From the NCBI RefSeq assembly GCF_009914755.1, contig NC_060926.1: a stretch of DNA of 64,000 nucleotides. The stretch is one strand, 5' to 3'. Both the position numbers and the translations under genes were made by a program. The stretch comes from the human T2T-CHM13v2.0 reference genome, Homo sapiens. Within the stretch, counting starts at the first letter, position 1, and each line of letters starts with the position of its first letter. Positions 1-17,047 of the stretch are shown piece after piece. The notes beneath the pieces are model-generated. The model was not told the origin of the DNA and ran no database searches. It was given only the letters and a program-made list of their open reading frames with translations.

Positions 1-991
1 ATGATTTGAAGAAGGCAGAAGAGGCTTGGGATGAGAACCCCATCTAGTAAGGGTCATCTCTAAAACTGCCTGATTATCTGGTGGGAATGCTATCTCCTCA
101 CTAAAAGCCTGTGGTTAGATTAATGCTAGCATTTGAAAATCTGCTAAGGCCTGATGGTGGGCAGCCAAGGAAGGAATGTGTTTTCTGTTTATCTCTTTAG
201 TGGCAGAAATGTTCATCACAGAAAGACTGTGAACTCCCAGTTTCAGGCATGCCTGGAAGTTGTGCAGCCTATAGTCTGTATAACCTGTATACACTGTAAA
301 AACTGGAATGTGCACACCAGTTTCTGAATGACAAAAAAGAACCAGGCCTTTGTTTGCAGCCAGTTACCTGGGTTGGTCGATGGGTTAATCAGTTTCTTTG
401 ACTTGATAACAGTTTCTTTGACTTGATCTTGCCGCATCGTTCTGAAAGGAGGTTTTACCACCCCCACTGTTCTGTCTACCAGGAATGCAGTTTGAGTTGT
501 GTCTCCTCCTTGACAGCTTGGACCTCAGTAAATTACCAAGGTCTTGACCCAAGAGATGGAGAAGTCCTAAGTGATTTTTCAGTCTCCTATCTAAAAATGT
601 GTTTACATTTCTTGAACTCTGGCTGACTGATTCATTCTCCTGGTGTTGCAAGAACTTTCCTTATGCATTAGAATTCATAAGTTTCATTTCTAAGAGGCCC
701 ATGGTTCCTTCCAAGCCACAGTGTAGTGAACCTCATCACAACACAATTCTGCTGGGCTGGATTTGTCCCAAGTGTGGATCATGGCCAAAGCAGCTGTGAT
801 GTGGCAAGCTCATTGAAGCTAACGGGAGGCAGTGTGATGTGGAGGGGAAAGTGCAAGACACTAAGTCAGGACATCTGGGTTCTGGGTCCTGGTCTTGTGT
901 TATTTCAAGGTGTGCCCTTGAGCCAATTGAATGAAAATGCTTTCAGGGCCTCAGTTTCCCCCAAGCTGATTCAAATTTAAAAAAAAAAAAA

Positions 992-2002
992 TTTTTTTTT
1001 GAAACAGAGTCTCACTCTGTTGTGTCCGGAAATGGTGGGTTCTTGGTCTCGCTGACTTCAAGAATGAAGCCACAGACCTTCGTGGTGAGTGTTACAGTTC
1101 TTAAAGGTGGTGTGTCCAGAGTTTATTCCTTCTGGTGGGTTCGTGGTCTCGCTGACTTCAGGAGTGAAGCTGCAGACCTTCATGGTGAGTGTTACAGGTC
1201 TTAAAGGCAGCACGTCTGGAGTTGTTCGTTCTTTCCGGTGGGTTCGTGGTCTTACTGGCCTCAAGAGTGAAGCTGCAGACCTTCGCGGTGAGTGTTACGG
1301 TTTGTAAAGGTGGCGCATCCGGAGTTGTTCATTCCTCCTGTCTGGCGTTGTTCGTCCTTACAGAGAGCTGATTGGTCCGTTTTGACAGACTGCTGATTGG
1401 TGCGTTTACAATCCTTTAGCTAGACACAGAGTGCTGATGGGCGCATTTACAATCCTTTAGCTAGACAGAAAAGTTCTCCAAGGCCCCACCCCACCCAGAA
1501 GCCCAGTAGGCTTCACCTCTCAATAGCACTCGCTGCGGGACTTTGCGGCACCTAGCCCAGGCACTCCGGCAGCCCAGAGGGAGCTCATCCCCCGATCAAG
1601 CCCAGCAGGCGTCGGCCGCGACAGGCCCAGTCCGCGCCCACCCGGAACCCGCGCCGGCCGACGAGCGAGCTGCTGCACGCAGCCCCGGCTCCTGCCTGCG
1701 CCTCTCCCTCCACACCTCCCGGCGAGCAGAGGCTCAGGCCTCGACCAGCCCCAGAGAAGGGCCCCACAGCGCAGCGGCGGGCTGAAGGGCTCCTCCAGCA
1801 CGCCAGAGCGGACGCGGAGGCCAACGAGGCGCCGAGAGTAAGCAAGGGCTGCTAGCACGTTGTCACCTCTCACTGTCACCTAGGCTGGAGTGCAGTGGTA
1901 AATCTCGGCTCACTGCAACCTCCACCTCCCGGGTTCAGGTGATTCTTGTGCCTCAGCCTCCTGAGTAGCTGGGATTACAGGCACGCGCCACCACTCTGCT
2001 AA
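992..2002 (-). mobile_element. Alu right arm split by the LTR12 (992-1020 and 1873-2002)
   Basis: gaaacagagtctcactctgt|cacctaggctggagtgcagtgg rejoins into continuous Alu sequence once the LTR and one TSD copy are removed. Confidence 0.9.
1021..1872 (-). mobile_element. LTR12-family (ERV9/ERV1) solo LTR, internally deleted, inserted into an Alu
   Basis: Minus strand begins TGAGAGGTGACAACGTGCTAGC and ends TTCCGGACACA (TG...CA termini); CpG-rich U3; CCAATCAG boxes; three ~100-bp U5 repeat units at ~1034-1340; 4-bp TSD CTGT (1017-1020/1873-1876). Confidence 0.93.
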
Positions 2003-2257
2003 GAAATGTTTTAAATCTGTGCAAAAGCCATTTTCAAAGAGAAGAAGATAGCTGAGAAACAACAGAAAAGGGAAGGTCAGCCCACAAAGAATGAGTAGAG
2101 GCTTAAGTTCAAAAAGACAAAGATACAGAGTCATATATGGCCATTGGCTCCTAAAAGAGCTACTTATGAGTATCAAGTATGGAAAGAACTTTTTGTTGGA
2201 CATTCGTCCCACAGAAGAAACTAAACCCTTCGTCAGTAGAGCCATGTGCTTAGCTAA

Positions 2258-2598
<341 letters not shown>

Positions 2599-3325
2599 AA
2601 ATTTACTTTCTTAAGGGAAAAAAAAGAAAAGCAAAATAAAACCTATCCTTTTGCGCCATGGAGTTTTAGGGTCGGGCAGTCTTGGAGGGAAATCCTTACT
2701 CAAAACCTCACTAGTGGTACAACTTTGAGTGGGTTACTATACCTTTTGCACCTCAGCTGCCACACCTATAGAGAACATTGACAATGACAACATGGAGGGG
2801 AGTCATGGCCATCACACGACAGCCCCATGCTGGTGTCCGGGTGGTGCCTTCTTCCCGGCTGGCTCCACGGTTTCCATGGTTTCTGTTAGTCCCCTCCCTC
2901 CATCCCCACTTTGGCGTTTGCCTTTGTTTGATTCATGTTTCCACCCTTCCTCTTGCCCCTCCACATTATGAGGAAAAAGGGAAGCCTCTGATCTCTCTAT
3001 TTGGAAGTTTGCAGAAGCCTTTTCCTACTTCAGTGAAGTGCAGTCATACAAAATTTATACTCAACAGCATCAGCAGATTTTTTTCCATCAATATTTCCTT
3101 TTTAATTTCAGCTTTATCTGAATTTTAATAGCATAAAGAATTTACTTTTGTTCTTTTAAAGAGCAACCAAAACAAGAATAATATATGTTTGAATATAAGG
3201 TCTTAACACTATGTTTAACATGGTGTTTAGGCTATGCCTATAGAGGTTACAGGTGTTTTTTGGTGAGTAAATTATGAATGCCATGGGTGTATATGTGCTT
3301 ATAATCTTACATACATATGAACTAG

Positions 3326-3343
3326 GTGTGTGTGTGTGTGTGT
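3326..3343. repeat. (TG)n microsatellite
   Basis: Direct reading; ~75 bp upstream of exon 3418. Confidence 0.85.
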
Positions 3344-3356
3344 ATGGTATATATAA

Positions 3357-3497
<141 letters not shown>

Positions 3498-3519
3498 TAG
3501 TATTGACTCTGAATGAGGA

Positions 3520-3670
3520 TGACACTAGGAGTCACAACTCTTGGGTTCTTGTTTCAGCTTGCTGTGTGCCCCTCAGTGAGACTCTTTACCTCTCTGGGCC
3601 TCATTTGCCTAATCAGTAAAATGAGACAAGTAGACTATGAAATCACAGAGGTTCCTTTACTCTTAGACTT
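3520..3670. mobile_element. MIR fragment
   Basis: ctttacctctctgggcctcatttgcctaatcagtaaaatgag resembles the MIR core. Confidence 0.65.
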
Positions 3671-3940
3671 GGAATGTCTTAACTTGGACTGTATTATTTG
3701 GCTCTTTACTTGTGTGAATAAGCTCAAGGTCTTTCCCTGACTTCTGCAAAGTCAGAAAGGGAATAAGGGAACACAGAAAGGTGGCATCCAGTGAGGCAGT
3801 AGGCACTAGTTTTCATTCGTAAAATTAGTAATTCGTAATTAGAGATAAACATTAGCAATTAAGAAAAACAAAGTGCAAAGGTAATCATGAAGAAAGGAGG
3901 ATGGTGCTTCATCTAGATACATTAAGAATTTCTATTAGCG

Positions 3941-4255
<315 letters not shown>

Positions 4256-4933
4256 TCAAGGACATATGTTCACAAATATTTATAAGTTTGTTCCTTCCTT
4301 GGAAGCTTTGAAGCTGGAACTGTCTCCAAATTCTCTCTAGAGAGACAACTCAGGGGAATTCCTAGAACTGAATCCAGGGCCTCGGAGAACCTGAGGCAGA
4401 GGCAGCACATGCAGCTCCAGGGGACTCCCAGGTCTCATCCTACTGTGTGACACCTCCAGGCCATGATCTTGATTTCTCCATTCTGTCCACCTTCCTTCCT
4501 GCCACAGCCTAGCTATCTCTTCTTCCCCAGCACTCATTATACATAATGATAAAGAAACGGGTTTGCTTTCATCTGCGTGCCTGAGCTGGGCTCTGAGGTA
4601 GGACCTGAACTCTCTGTGACAACCCTAGGCCTGGGTCAGGCCTCCACTGAGGTGAAACGCAGCTGAGCGGCTCCTCCCTGCTGCCAAGGAGCTGCAGAAC
4701 CAACATTTGCATATTTTAAATGCCCACTTTGCAGACATCCCATTTACGGGATCTAGAGACAGAGTTTTTGAAAGAGTGTGTGACTAAGGAAAACATAATA
4801 TGGTGTATTTTGATAATTCTGCAACCCAAAGGCCATGCAAAGGCCTCACATACCCTAAACACACCCCAAATTCACACAGCCCCACGGTTCTATTCCAAAA
4901 GACCTACTATCACCTGCAATGAAAGAGAGGCTC

Positions 4934-5267
<334 letters not shown>

Positions 5268-6849
5268 TTAACTTTGTAGTCAGAAGAAGGAACACCAGAG
5301 CGAGGGGTCTTAATCTCTCATGCTGGTTCCCCCCGTGAGGCTGTGGAAAGTCAGCTCCCTGAGAAGCCCATGCACCTGCCTCCTTTGTGAAATGATGGGG
5401 TGGCTCCCACCAGAACCCATTGGTTTGTCCAAGTCGCAGTAGTCCCAATTCCTTTAGAAGCAGCCCTGGAAAGAAAGGGCATCTGAGGAGAAGTCTAGGG
5501 AGCCCCACCAGCCCCAAACACAGAGAAAACAGGGTGGGAGGGAGGTGGGGGTGACTTCCTGGCCTCCTGCACCCCCGCTTACTTCTCGAGGCTAATGGCC
5601 TCTTATTAGATTAATCACTGACTTCAGTTTTAACTACTTCCTCAGCCTACTCCATGGCAATGACTAATTTCATGTTTATTATAAAGCATCTGGAACACAT
5701 TTAGAACAAATTTCTGTCCAGCTGATTTCAGTTCCCTACCTTGATGGGCCACTGGCAATCCAGGGGATTCCTTCCCTGCGGCCTTTCCCACCCTGAAGCA
5801 GAGGACATCACAATACTGATCTTAGCAGCACCGTTCCTTTCCATCAGTTCCCCCACTGGCTGCCCCCTCCCTCCCTTCCTTGGGATCTGACCCTATTAGG
5901 GGTTCAGTCACATGAAAGATTTGTACTTTTATCACCCTGCTAGCTGAGCGAGGGGAAGACATGTCAAAGGTGGATATTCTGGTATTACCACCCTCTAATG
6001 AGAAGTCGCAGACCTAGATTTTGAAAACAATCTCTGGCGTGTGGGTTGGAGAGAAAGCCACAGGGTGCTCTGCAGAGGCTGGGGTGACGGCATTCCCTGG
6101 GCTGGAGGCTTCTGCAGAGGCCCTACCGCTGTGATGGGAGAGCCTTCACCTTGTCTCCTCAGAGGCTGTCCGAGCTGCAGTGGGAGCAGAAAGGGTTAGG
6201 CTCCTTCCTCCAGCACACAATGATGGCAAATGGTGGGAATGGTTCCCAAGGCACCCCTTCCACACCTGACCCAAGGAGCGGGGCCTAGGCAGCGAATCCA
6301 TCAAAAGAAACGAGAGTAGCAACTGATATCAGCAACTTCCTAGGAGTTGGAAGAGGGGGTGAGGTGGTGGGGGCAGGGGTAAGAAAACTACAAGGGGAAA
6401 TGTGGAGATGAAAAGAGAGCAATGAAAAAAGAAAAAGGAGACAACCAGACATGTTTCAACTCCAAGCTCCCATTTCCTCTTTCAAATGAACTGCTTCCCC
6501 ACTGTGAACAGAATCAAGTATTTATGAAGGCATTTTTTGCATATTAATAGCTGCATATGGAACATTGCCAGAGCTGCAGTCCTGAAGGTACAGTGCCCTT
6601 TTTTAATGCAGGTCTTTCAAACTCCTCACAGAATTTGGTATTCTTCAGATTTATTTTCATTTCTGCCTCGTGGCTCCTCCTAAGGCCCTTCATTTGATTA
6701 AGGGAAATTAGTTCCCGGGATACTTTCAGAGACAGAGTATTGCTCTTACCTCGGTGAGCTGCTGACATCAATCACTGGAGAAGCTTTTCCTCTCCCCCAA
6801 GGCCTCTCTGTGTAGAGGCCGCAGGTTGGGTAAGGTGACCAGCACCTAA

Positions 6850-7473
6850 AAAGAGTATTAAAATTATAAATGAAAATTTCAAGAGGAAATATTAATATAG
6901 CTAGACAGTGGTGGGAGGAAGTAAAACTAGAAAAAAAAGTAAAATAGTTTCATTAACTTTAGCATCTATACTCAGTAAAGATTACCTCCAATTTTAAAAG
7001 AAAATCATTGAGAACCAGGAGAAAAATAAACAAAAGACAGAAACAATTCATATCCTAAAAGGAGTAACAGAAAATAAATATGAAAAAAATCATTCATCTT
7101 GATTAACAATTTATATGCATATTGAGGCAAACTGTAAGTACCATCTTATATCTGAGATTTGTGCCTTCTCTTACTCTTTTTAAATGGTAACACCCAGGGC
7201 TGCCAGAGTTTTGGTAAAACTGGTATACTTATACACTTCTGGTGGAACACAGTCTTGGTTCAATCCCTTTGTAAAGCAAAATGGCAATATAACTCATGAA
7301 ACATGAAAAACATGAAATATCCATTGATTATGTATTTCTGACTTCCGGGAATTTATCCTAAGGAAATAATTCAACAGAAAAAAAGAAAAAAGTCAGTGAA
7401 GATGTCCATTGCAGCATTATCTATAACAGAGAAAATCTGGAAACAGCCTAAGAGTGTAACATCAGAGAAATGA
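6850..7473 (+). mobile_element. Old L1M 3'-region fragment
   Basis: A-rich decayed L1 motifs (ttccgggaatttatcctaaggaaataatt; aaaatctggaaacagcctaag). Confidence 0.6.
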
Positions 7474-7780
7474 TTTTGGGGAGGTTTAGAATCTTGTGGC
7501 CTCCAGCCGCATGACTCCTAAACCATAATTTCTAATTTTGTGGCTAATTTGTTAGTCCTGCAAAGGCAGTCTGGTTCACAAGTAGGAAGGGGACTTGTTT
7601 TGGGAAAGGGCTGTTATCGTCTTTGTTTCAAAGCTAAACTGTAAACTAAGATCCTCCCAAAGTTAGTTCAGCCTACACCCAGGAATGAACAAGGACAGCC
7701 TGGAGGTTAGAATCAAGATGGAGTTGGTTAGGTCAGATCTGTTTCACTGTCTCAGTTATAATTTGGCAATGGCAGTTTCA
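7474..7780 (-). mobile_element. LTR8-family (ERV1) LTR, 5' half only
   Basis: Minus strand reads TGAAACTGCCATTGCCAAATTATAACTGAGACAGTGAAA...GCTGTCCTTGTTCATTCCTGGGTGTAGGCTGAACTAACTTTGGGAGG, matching the recalled LTR8 5' end. Confidence 0.8.
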
Positions 7781-7871
7781 CCCTCAGTGAAGGGTTGACT
7801 TCAAGCATTAAAAAAGAATGATTGTTCATACTAGAAACTGAGATTTAATACTAATGTTTAACTAACAGGCA

Positions 7872-8370
<499 letters not shown>

Positions 8371-9578
8371 TGATTTAACATTTTAAAAGTGGAAATCAAA
8401 ATAAGTCAACTATGACTGCAACTATGTAAAAAAAAAAATGTATCTATTCGGAAAAGACTTGCAAATAATGCATGAAAAAAGTGCTGTCATGCTAACTTGA
8501 AATCGAGGTGGATTATGTTATTTGTTTTCCTGGGCTTTTTTTTTTTTTTTCATTGTTTTGCCTTTTTCTAAATTCTACCTATAAGGAAAGACAGATCATG
8601 AGGAGAGCTGGTTTTATTCAAGTCTAGCATAAAATAATCTCGGACTCAGTGTATACAACAAGTATTCAGCAAGCTGAACGGGGTCAACACCATAGCACCA
8701 TTATTTTTTAGCAAATTATCATTGGTTTAAAATATTTAACATTAATCAGGTTTTTATTAGTTTATTGAATAGAGTCATCAGCATTCTCTTTTTAAGGATC
8801 TCAATCCCTTTTTGGCATTTTATCCCTCTAACTCTAGACTTTGGGGGACAATGAATTCATCTTTCTGAAAAATTGGAACTCAGAGCATAAAACTCTCATC
8901 CATCCAGATCCATCTATGTAAGCTTGGGAAAAGAGGGGCGCTTGAGCCCACTTGTTTATAGAGCTGTCAGGGCAGAGGTTGTCAGTAAAGAGTATCAAAG
9001 TACAAGCTCAAACCTTAATTAGATTTCCCAAAAATGATTGCATCTCTTTGTTTAAAATAAGAAAGAAAGCATCTCACCAGTTTTCACATTGTCACTTTTC
9101 TCCCTTTGTTTAAACTATTTCCAGGCTAGGGAGAACAAACATCCTTTCTCACATGCCTTATCTTGGGTTTTGTTTTGTTGCTTTGTGGGGCTTAGAACTT
9201 TGATAGTATCCTAAAAATCCTGTTAAATTGGTGTTATATCCCTTTCTTCACTTCTGTTTCAACCTATACTATCTCTTGAGTTCAGGTTTCATAAGTTTAC
9301 AACAGTATAAATTCATATTTAATCTTATGTATCCTAAGTGTATCTCTTTTGGATTTCAAAGAGTAGCCTGTAATTCTAGCTTACTAGGATTTGGTTTGAA
9401 TAAACCTGTGTTTACCGCCATCTGTTTCCTTGGTGGTTTCACAGATGGTGTTCATATCCCCGTCAGCTCTCCTCTTTCAGGACCAAAAACAACATGCACA
9501 CGAAAAAAAAACAAAAGATAAAACACCTGTAGACACACTATGTTTTGTACAAGGGTACAATCGTAACCTTTTATTTCA

Positions 9579-9809
<231 letters not shown>

Positions 9810-10632
9810 TCATTAACATTAAGATCCATGTTCTGAATAGAAAAAGCCTATCTCCTCTAAGTAGAATTCAGAGATTGCACTTGTTTTATTTTCAGTGATA
9901 ATGAGATGGAAGTTCAACTGATATTTTCCCCACAACTCACACAATCTCTGGGCATTTCCTGCCATTGGTCATTATGATTTGGTTTTTCCTTCTCTGGAAA
10001 AGCTTTGGGTCATGTGCAGACTCGGGGATGTCACTAGGCATCCTTCTTGGAGATCTCTCTGAGGCTGACAAGTAAGATTGGTCTCCACACCAATGCCTAA
10101 GAGAATTCGCTTCTGCATTTCCCCATCAAGAGAAGTGCTCTTGACTCCCTACCCTGCCTTTGTTTCTTGTTTCTAAAGTCAGCTGTCTTTTCCAAGACAC
10201 TGCCAACGTTCACCTATTTCCATGCCTGTGCTCACTCTCCCTTCTCTCTCTCCCCACCCCTCTGGTTTTGTAAATAGCTTTGGTTGTGGAACTTTATTCA
10301 AAGGCTTTTTGAAGATCTAAGCAAACTTCATCTTCTGGTTCAACCTTACCCACAGGATTACTTTGTCTGCCCCAAAACGCCCTAGACAATTTAAGGCTAA
10401 TTTCCTGAGAGGGGTTTGTTTTTAATTACAAAAGGAAGGCTTTTATTTGCTGAGTTTTCACTGCAACTATCATTTATTCCAATAAGTCTGTATTAATCGA
10501 TGTCTTGGCTGCTAGTGACACATAATATCTGCGTAGTTAATTTTTTTCCTTTTTTCTTTGTATTATGAAAAATTTCAAAGATATGTAAAAGGATAGTATG
10601 ATGAACCTCCACATACCTATCACAAGCTTTAA

Positions 10633-10986
<354 letters not shown>

Positions 10987-11203
10987 TAAAAACAGCCAAT
11001 GTTTTTGAGTTTTACTATGCACAGGGTTTAGGATTATCTCATCCTTACAACATCCCCATGTAGTTGGTACAGTTATTATCCCTGTTTACAGATAAGGAAA
11101 TAGATGTCAGGACTAATAGGGCCCCTTTCACACATGAACCGCACTTTAAAGAGGCCTAGTCATTTGGAAATCCAATAAAGCTGCATTTAAATCCCAACTT
11201 CTA

Positions 11204-11802
<599 letters not shown>

Positions 11803-11809
11803 ATCCCAA

Positions 11810-11990
11810 CTTCTTCCTTATAGGCTATGTGGCTTTAGGCAGGCTATTTAACCTCTCTGAGGCACAGTTTCCTCATAGGGTAATAATATTTCCCTCATGG
11901 GGTCATGATGAGGATGAGATGAAACATATTGAAAGGGATTCACACAATGCTTGGCAGTAGGCAGCCCCCAATACGTTATAATCATTACTG
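11810..11990. mobile_element. MIR fragment
   Basis: ggctatgtggctttaggcaggctatttaacctctctgaggcacagtttcctcat. Confidence 0.7.
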
Positions 11991-14900
11991 TTGTACTCCC
12001 CTGTCCCTTTCCTTGAAAGCCATTATAAAACAGAACTTGGAGCTTGTATACAATCTAAAGGTTTAGACATGGAAAAGGAGAAGCTTGAAAAGCAGGAATA
12101 ATTTAAAGGAGGACAATGAGTCAATCTACCAATTGTTCCTCCCTTTCCCATCCCCAACCCCCAATTCAAGCATCCCTCTCTCTGCCTCCCAAATATCCTC
12201 CATGCCTTCTGGAGTGTTCACTGTGTTTCACTGTTTAAAATTCTAACCATTAGAGATTATTTTGGGTTCCTCATACCTCTTTGTGAAAGTTTCTTAATTG
12301 CTTTCGCCATATACCTAAGGGAGCACAGCTGAAGGTCTAGGGGCAGAGGGGAGGCAGGGAATTTGGGGGCCAGGAGCACTGTGTCAGCAGGGCACCACGG
12401 CCCACAGCACAGGGCTGCAGAGGAAAATGTAGAGGTCGGAGGACAGAAGAGCCCAGTGGAGGGGAAGGGGTCAGGAAAGTGTGGAGGGCCAGGAAAGTAA
12501 AAGAAAGGACATTTTTCTTTCTCTTCTTCCAGCCTTCTGCTGTCACGCATGACCAGGACTACTTCAACTCCATAGTCCGGCTGAATTTGGGTTAAACTTT
12601 TATGGGCGAGTCTGGGAATCAAAACACCATTTTTTTTTCCTAGTAAAAATCGACTGATTTAAAAATGACCTTTTCACAGTGGAATCAGTTTGCAAGTTGA
12701 GATTCCCTGTCTGTCGGTTGTCAGATTGCAAAAGTCCCACCAGACCCAACAAAACAAGGAAGTCACACAGTTTTGAGTTCAAGTTGTGAGTTAGAAGGAG
12801 CTGGGGAGTTGTTCAGATTTCCCACCTTTCACCCCTCGACGTCCCATCTCCCAGTCTAAAATAGAATGTGTCATCTCTCAAACACAGGCACAGTTCCGGC
12901 CTGAATACAGCTAGCCACCCCCTCACAGAAAAAGCTGGCTTCTACCTCCCTTGGGGCAGAAGAGATCACTGTTTTGGCTTGAAATTTTTCTCCTCCAGCT
13001 CCTGCTGAGCCAGATAAACAGTGATTCTGTTGTATCAACAAAGCACGTAATAATGTTGAAGACAATAGCAATTAGAACTCACAGCTAAGATTTACTTATA
13101 GTAGAAGCTCTGGAATGAAAGTGTCCAGAGTTTCATTCAGAATTTCCTGGAAGAGAACAATGAGCTTAGCCCCATTTTCTAGGTAGGGAAGCTGAGGCAC
13201 AGAATGACTTAGCCAAAGTCACGAAATGAGCCCCTCACAGGAGCAAAGATTGGAGGTTGCCATGTTTCTCTTCCGAGGCTCATGTTTGCTAGCTGTTCGG
13301 CTAATTTGCTAAACACTCAGGAGGATGTCAAATCTCCTTCTATAAAGTTGAGGACATTAAAAAATAGATGAAGACCAAAATTCCTGACAGGCGGAGAACA
13401 AGAAAGCTCTTGTTTGGCTACCAAACTAACTGTCTCCACCGTGCCTACTTGTGGAGCCCTCGCAAAACGGCCCACTCAGCCCATTTCACCAGCACCAAAT
13501 TCCCTGCAGAATGTAAAAAGTGGGCCCAGACCTCACGTGGCCAAGAAGAGCAGGATGACCCCAGGTGACAGGTGCTAGACTGCTGGGCACATTTGTGTGG
13601 GTGGAAGCCCGCTGTGGCTCGGGGGTTCTGCTGCTCCTCAGAAAGAGGCTATGCGGCCAGGCTGGGTTGCTGAGCTGAGATCCCAGGCGTCCATCTGACC
13701 TCCTGCACACTGGAGGCCTCCTCCCTTCCAGCCAGGGAAACCTAGACAGAGACAGAACCTCAAAGTGAGGACTTTGGGGGTGGCCAGGGTGGTCGGCCTT
13801 GCCACAGACAGAGTGCCCTCCAAGTCAGCCTGAGGTTGACAATGTATACAACGCCCGGCCCATTCGGATCCCCTTCCTAGGCAGTCCCATCTCAGGGAGC
13901 CCACGGAGTCCCAGGTACGCTCAGCCCCACGTCTGGCCCCATTCCCACTGCCCGCTTTTAGGTCCGCAGGCTGCCATGGGCAAGGAACAACAGGGCCCGG
14001 GAAGGCCAAACACGGGGAAAGTTGCCAGGCCCTTTGCTCCTGCAGGAAGGGCCCCTTCCAGGATTTAGTTCCCCTACCCTAGCAGGGGGCGGGAGGACAG
14101 GGAAGCTCAGAATCCCAGCCCTCCTTCTCCCCTACCCCCAGTGACTAAATCTCTCAGATCTCTGTGTGCCCCTGGGACTCAGAGCCAACCAAGGGGAGTC
14201 AAAGGACAGACTATCAGCCAACGAGGGGAGCCTGGGGGTCAGAGGAGGGACTGACTCTTCCTTTTGTTTACTCACAGGAGGCGACAAATGCCCTTTGTGC
14301 ACAGAGGTTTGATGTGGCAACTTGAGAGACCACCTAAGGGTTTCAGCAAAGGCTCCCCCGACCCGCTCTTCAAACGTTAAGATAATGGCGGGGTGTGTGC
14401 CCCAGCACATTTCAGATCTTGGTTACAAAGGCCCTCCTCCTTTCTGTTTTCTTCCTCCAGCTCAGCTTGCCCGCAGGTTCCCGGAGCCTCTTGGCAGCCT
14501 GTTCTCCGGCAGAATGAAGTTGTGAGCTGCGTGGGAGGGAGTTAGACAGTGAGAGTGTTGCAGCCTCCTTAATGAGAGACAATCGCTCTTCTTGGAGCCA
14601 TTAAACCGCAGCTACAAAGATGGGGAACCCCAATTAGAAAGGAGTGGGAGAAGTAATGAGGAGGGCCGGAGGGACACCTACAGGACAGATCCTTATCTCT
14701 GGTGGCTCTGTGGGACCCAGGGTGGAGACACAGCCACTTGGGTTTAGAATTTCATCTCCTTCTTAAGGTTAGACTTCCCAAAGTCTGTTTGGAGAGCCAA
14801 CCCATGGTAGTGACCATTTAAAATATAACAGTTGAAAGGAGGAGGAAAAATTACTGGGGAGAAGGATTTCTCCCTGGGTCTGTAGCTCAGATATTATAAT

Positions 14901-15354
14901 CCAAGAGTAAGAAAGGAAACAGTAAGATGCGTCTGTAATTTTAATGGATGTTCTCTTTAAGTTTTGCTATATTATATATGTGTGTAAGTCTAGATATTTG
15001 TACGCAACCAATAGCTCTCCCTTTTTTCTGTGTGATAGCTCAACTGAATCACATTGTGTTTACAGCAAGATAATAATCCTGGATTTTCCATGGCTCACTC
15101 TGTCAGAGTATAAGATTAGCTCTTGAATTCATTAACAGTCATCTCCTTTTAAATGTCAGATAACTTTTTAAATGCCAAGTATTTACGCAATGCCTTCTGT
15201 GCAATTCAAATCAGCTTTACCAAATTAACTCGTTAATCTTTATTGTTTCATTTACTAAAGAGAAAGGCTTCCAGGTGTTTTTAGCAGAACATAAAAATAT
15301 TAAAGTATTTGCAGTACAATATAGGTGAAGGGATGGGTTCTGTTTTTCTGCTAA

Positions 15355-15730
<376 letters not shown>

Positions 15731-16081
15731 ATTCCATTAGTTTTTAAATCATCTCCACCAAAGTATTCACATAAAAGAAACAAAAAACCTTCAGGCATCT
15801 CTGCTTTCTTCAGTTCCCCCATTTTCCTTCCCTTCCATTTAACCTTGTGTTTTCTTCTCTCTCCTGTACCTTTAGAGACCTTGACTCCTGATCACTATTT
15901 ATTCTTCTGTCTTTGCTCTCAACATACCCAAGAGCTGCAAGTGTCAGTTTTGATTGCTCTGCCACTCAGAAAACAGAGGGGTGCCTCATGGGGTCAAGGA
16001 TGGAGCCCAGAAGACTGGGGCAGACAGGCCTAGAAATCAGGAATTCCAATTTCCTTTTAAAAGATCCCCTGCTTACCTCTA

Positions 16082-16441
<360 letters not shown>

Positions 16442-16711
16442 CTACCCTGATTGCTAAAGATAGATTCATCCAGGGCTGGCTCCAGCTTGTCATCCAGCTC
16501 TCTCCTCAGAGCAGCCTCCTCTGACCATTTAAGCCAAGCGGCCACCCCCTTCCCATTACCCTCCCTCCTAGCACCATTGTGTTGTCTTCACAGACTAGTC
16601 ACCACCTAAAAGCATCATCTTGCTTATGTGTGTGTTTGTTTGTCTGACACATAGTAGGCACTTAATAAATATCAGTTTAATGGATAAATGAAAAACCAAC
16701 CAAGCACGTGA

Positions 16712-17047
<336 letters not shown>

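Noticed and set aside
1034-1340. Three ~100-bp direct repeats, superficially array- or CRISPR-like
   Set aside because: They are internal U5 repeats of LTR12; no unique spacers, no cas genes, and the DNA is human.
1520-1879. CpG-island-like segment with GC-rich ORFs
   Set aside because: It is the LTR12 U3 region; the ORFs follow from high GC content.
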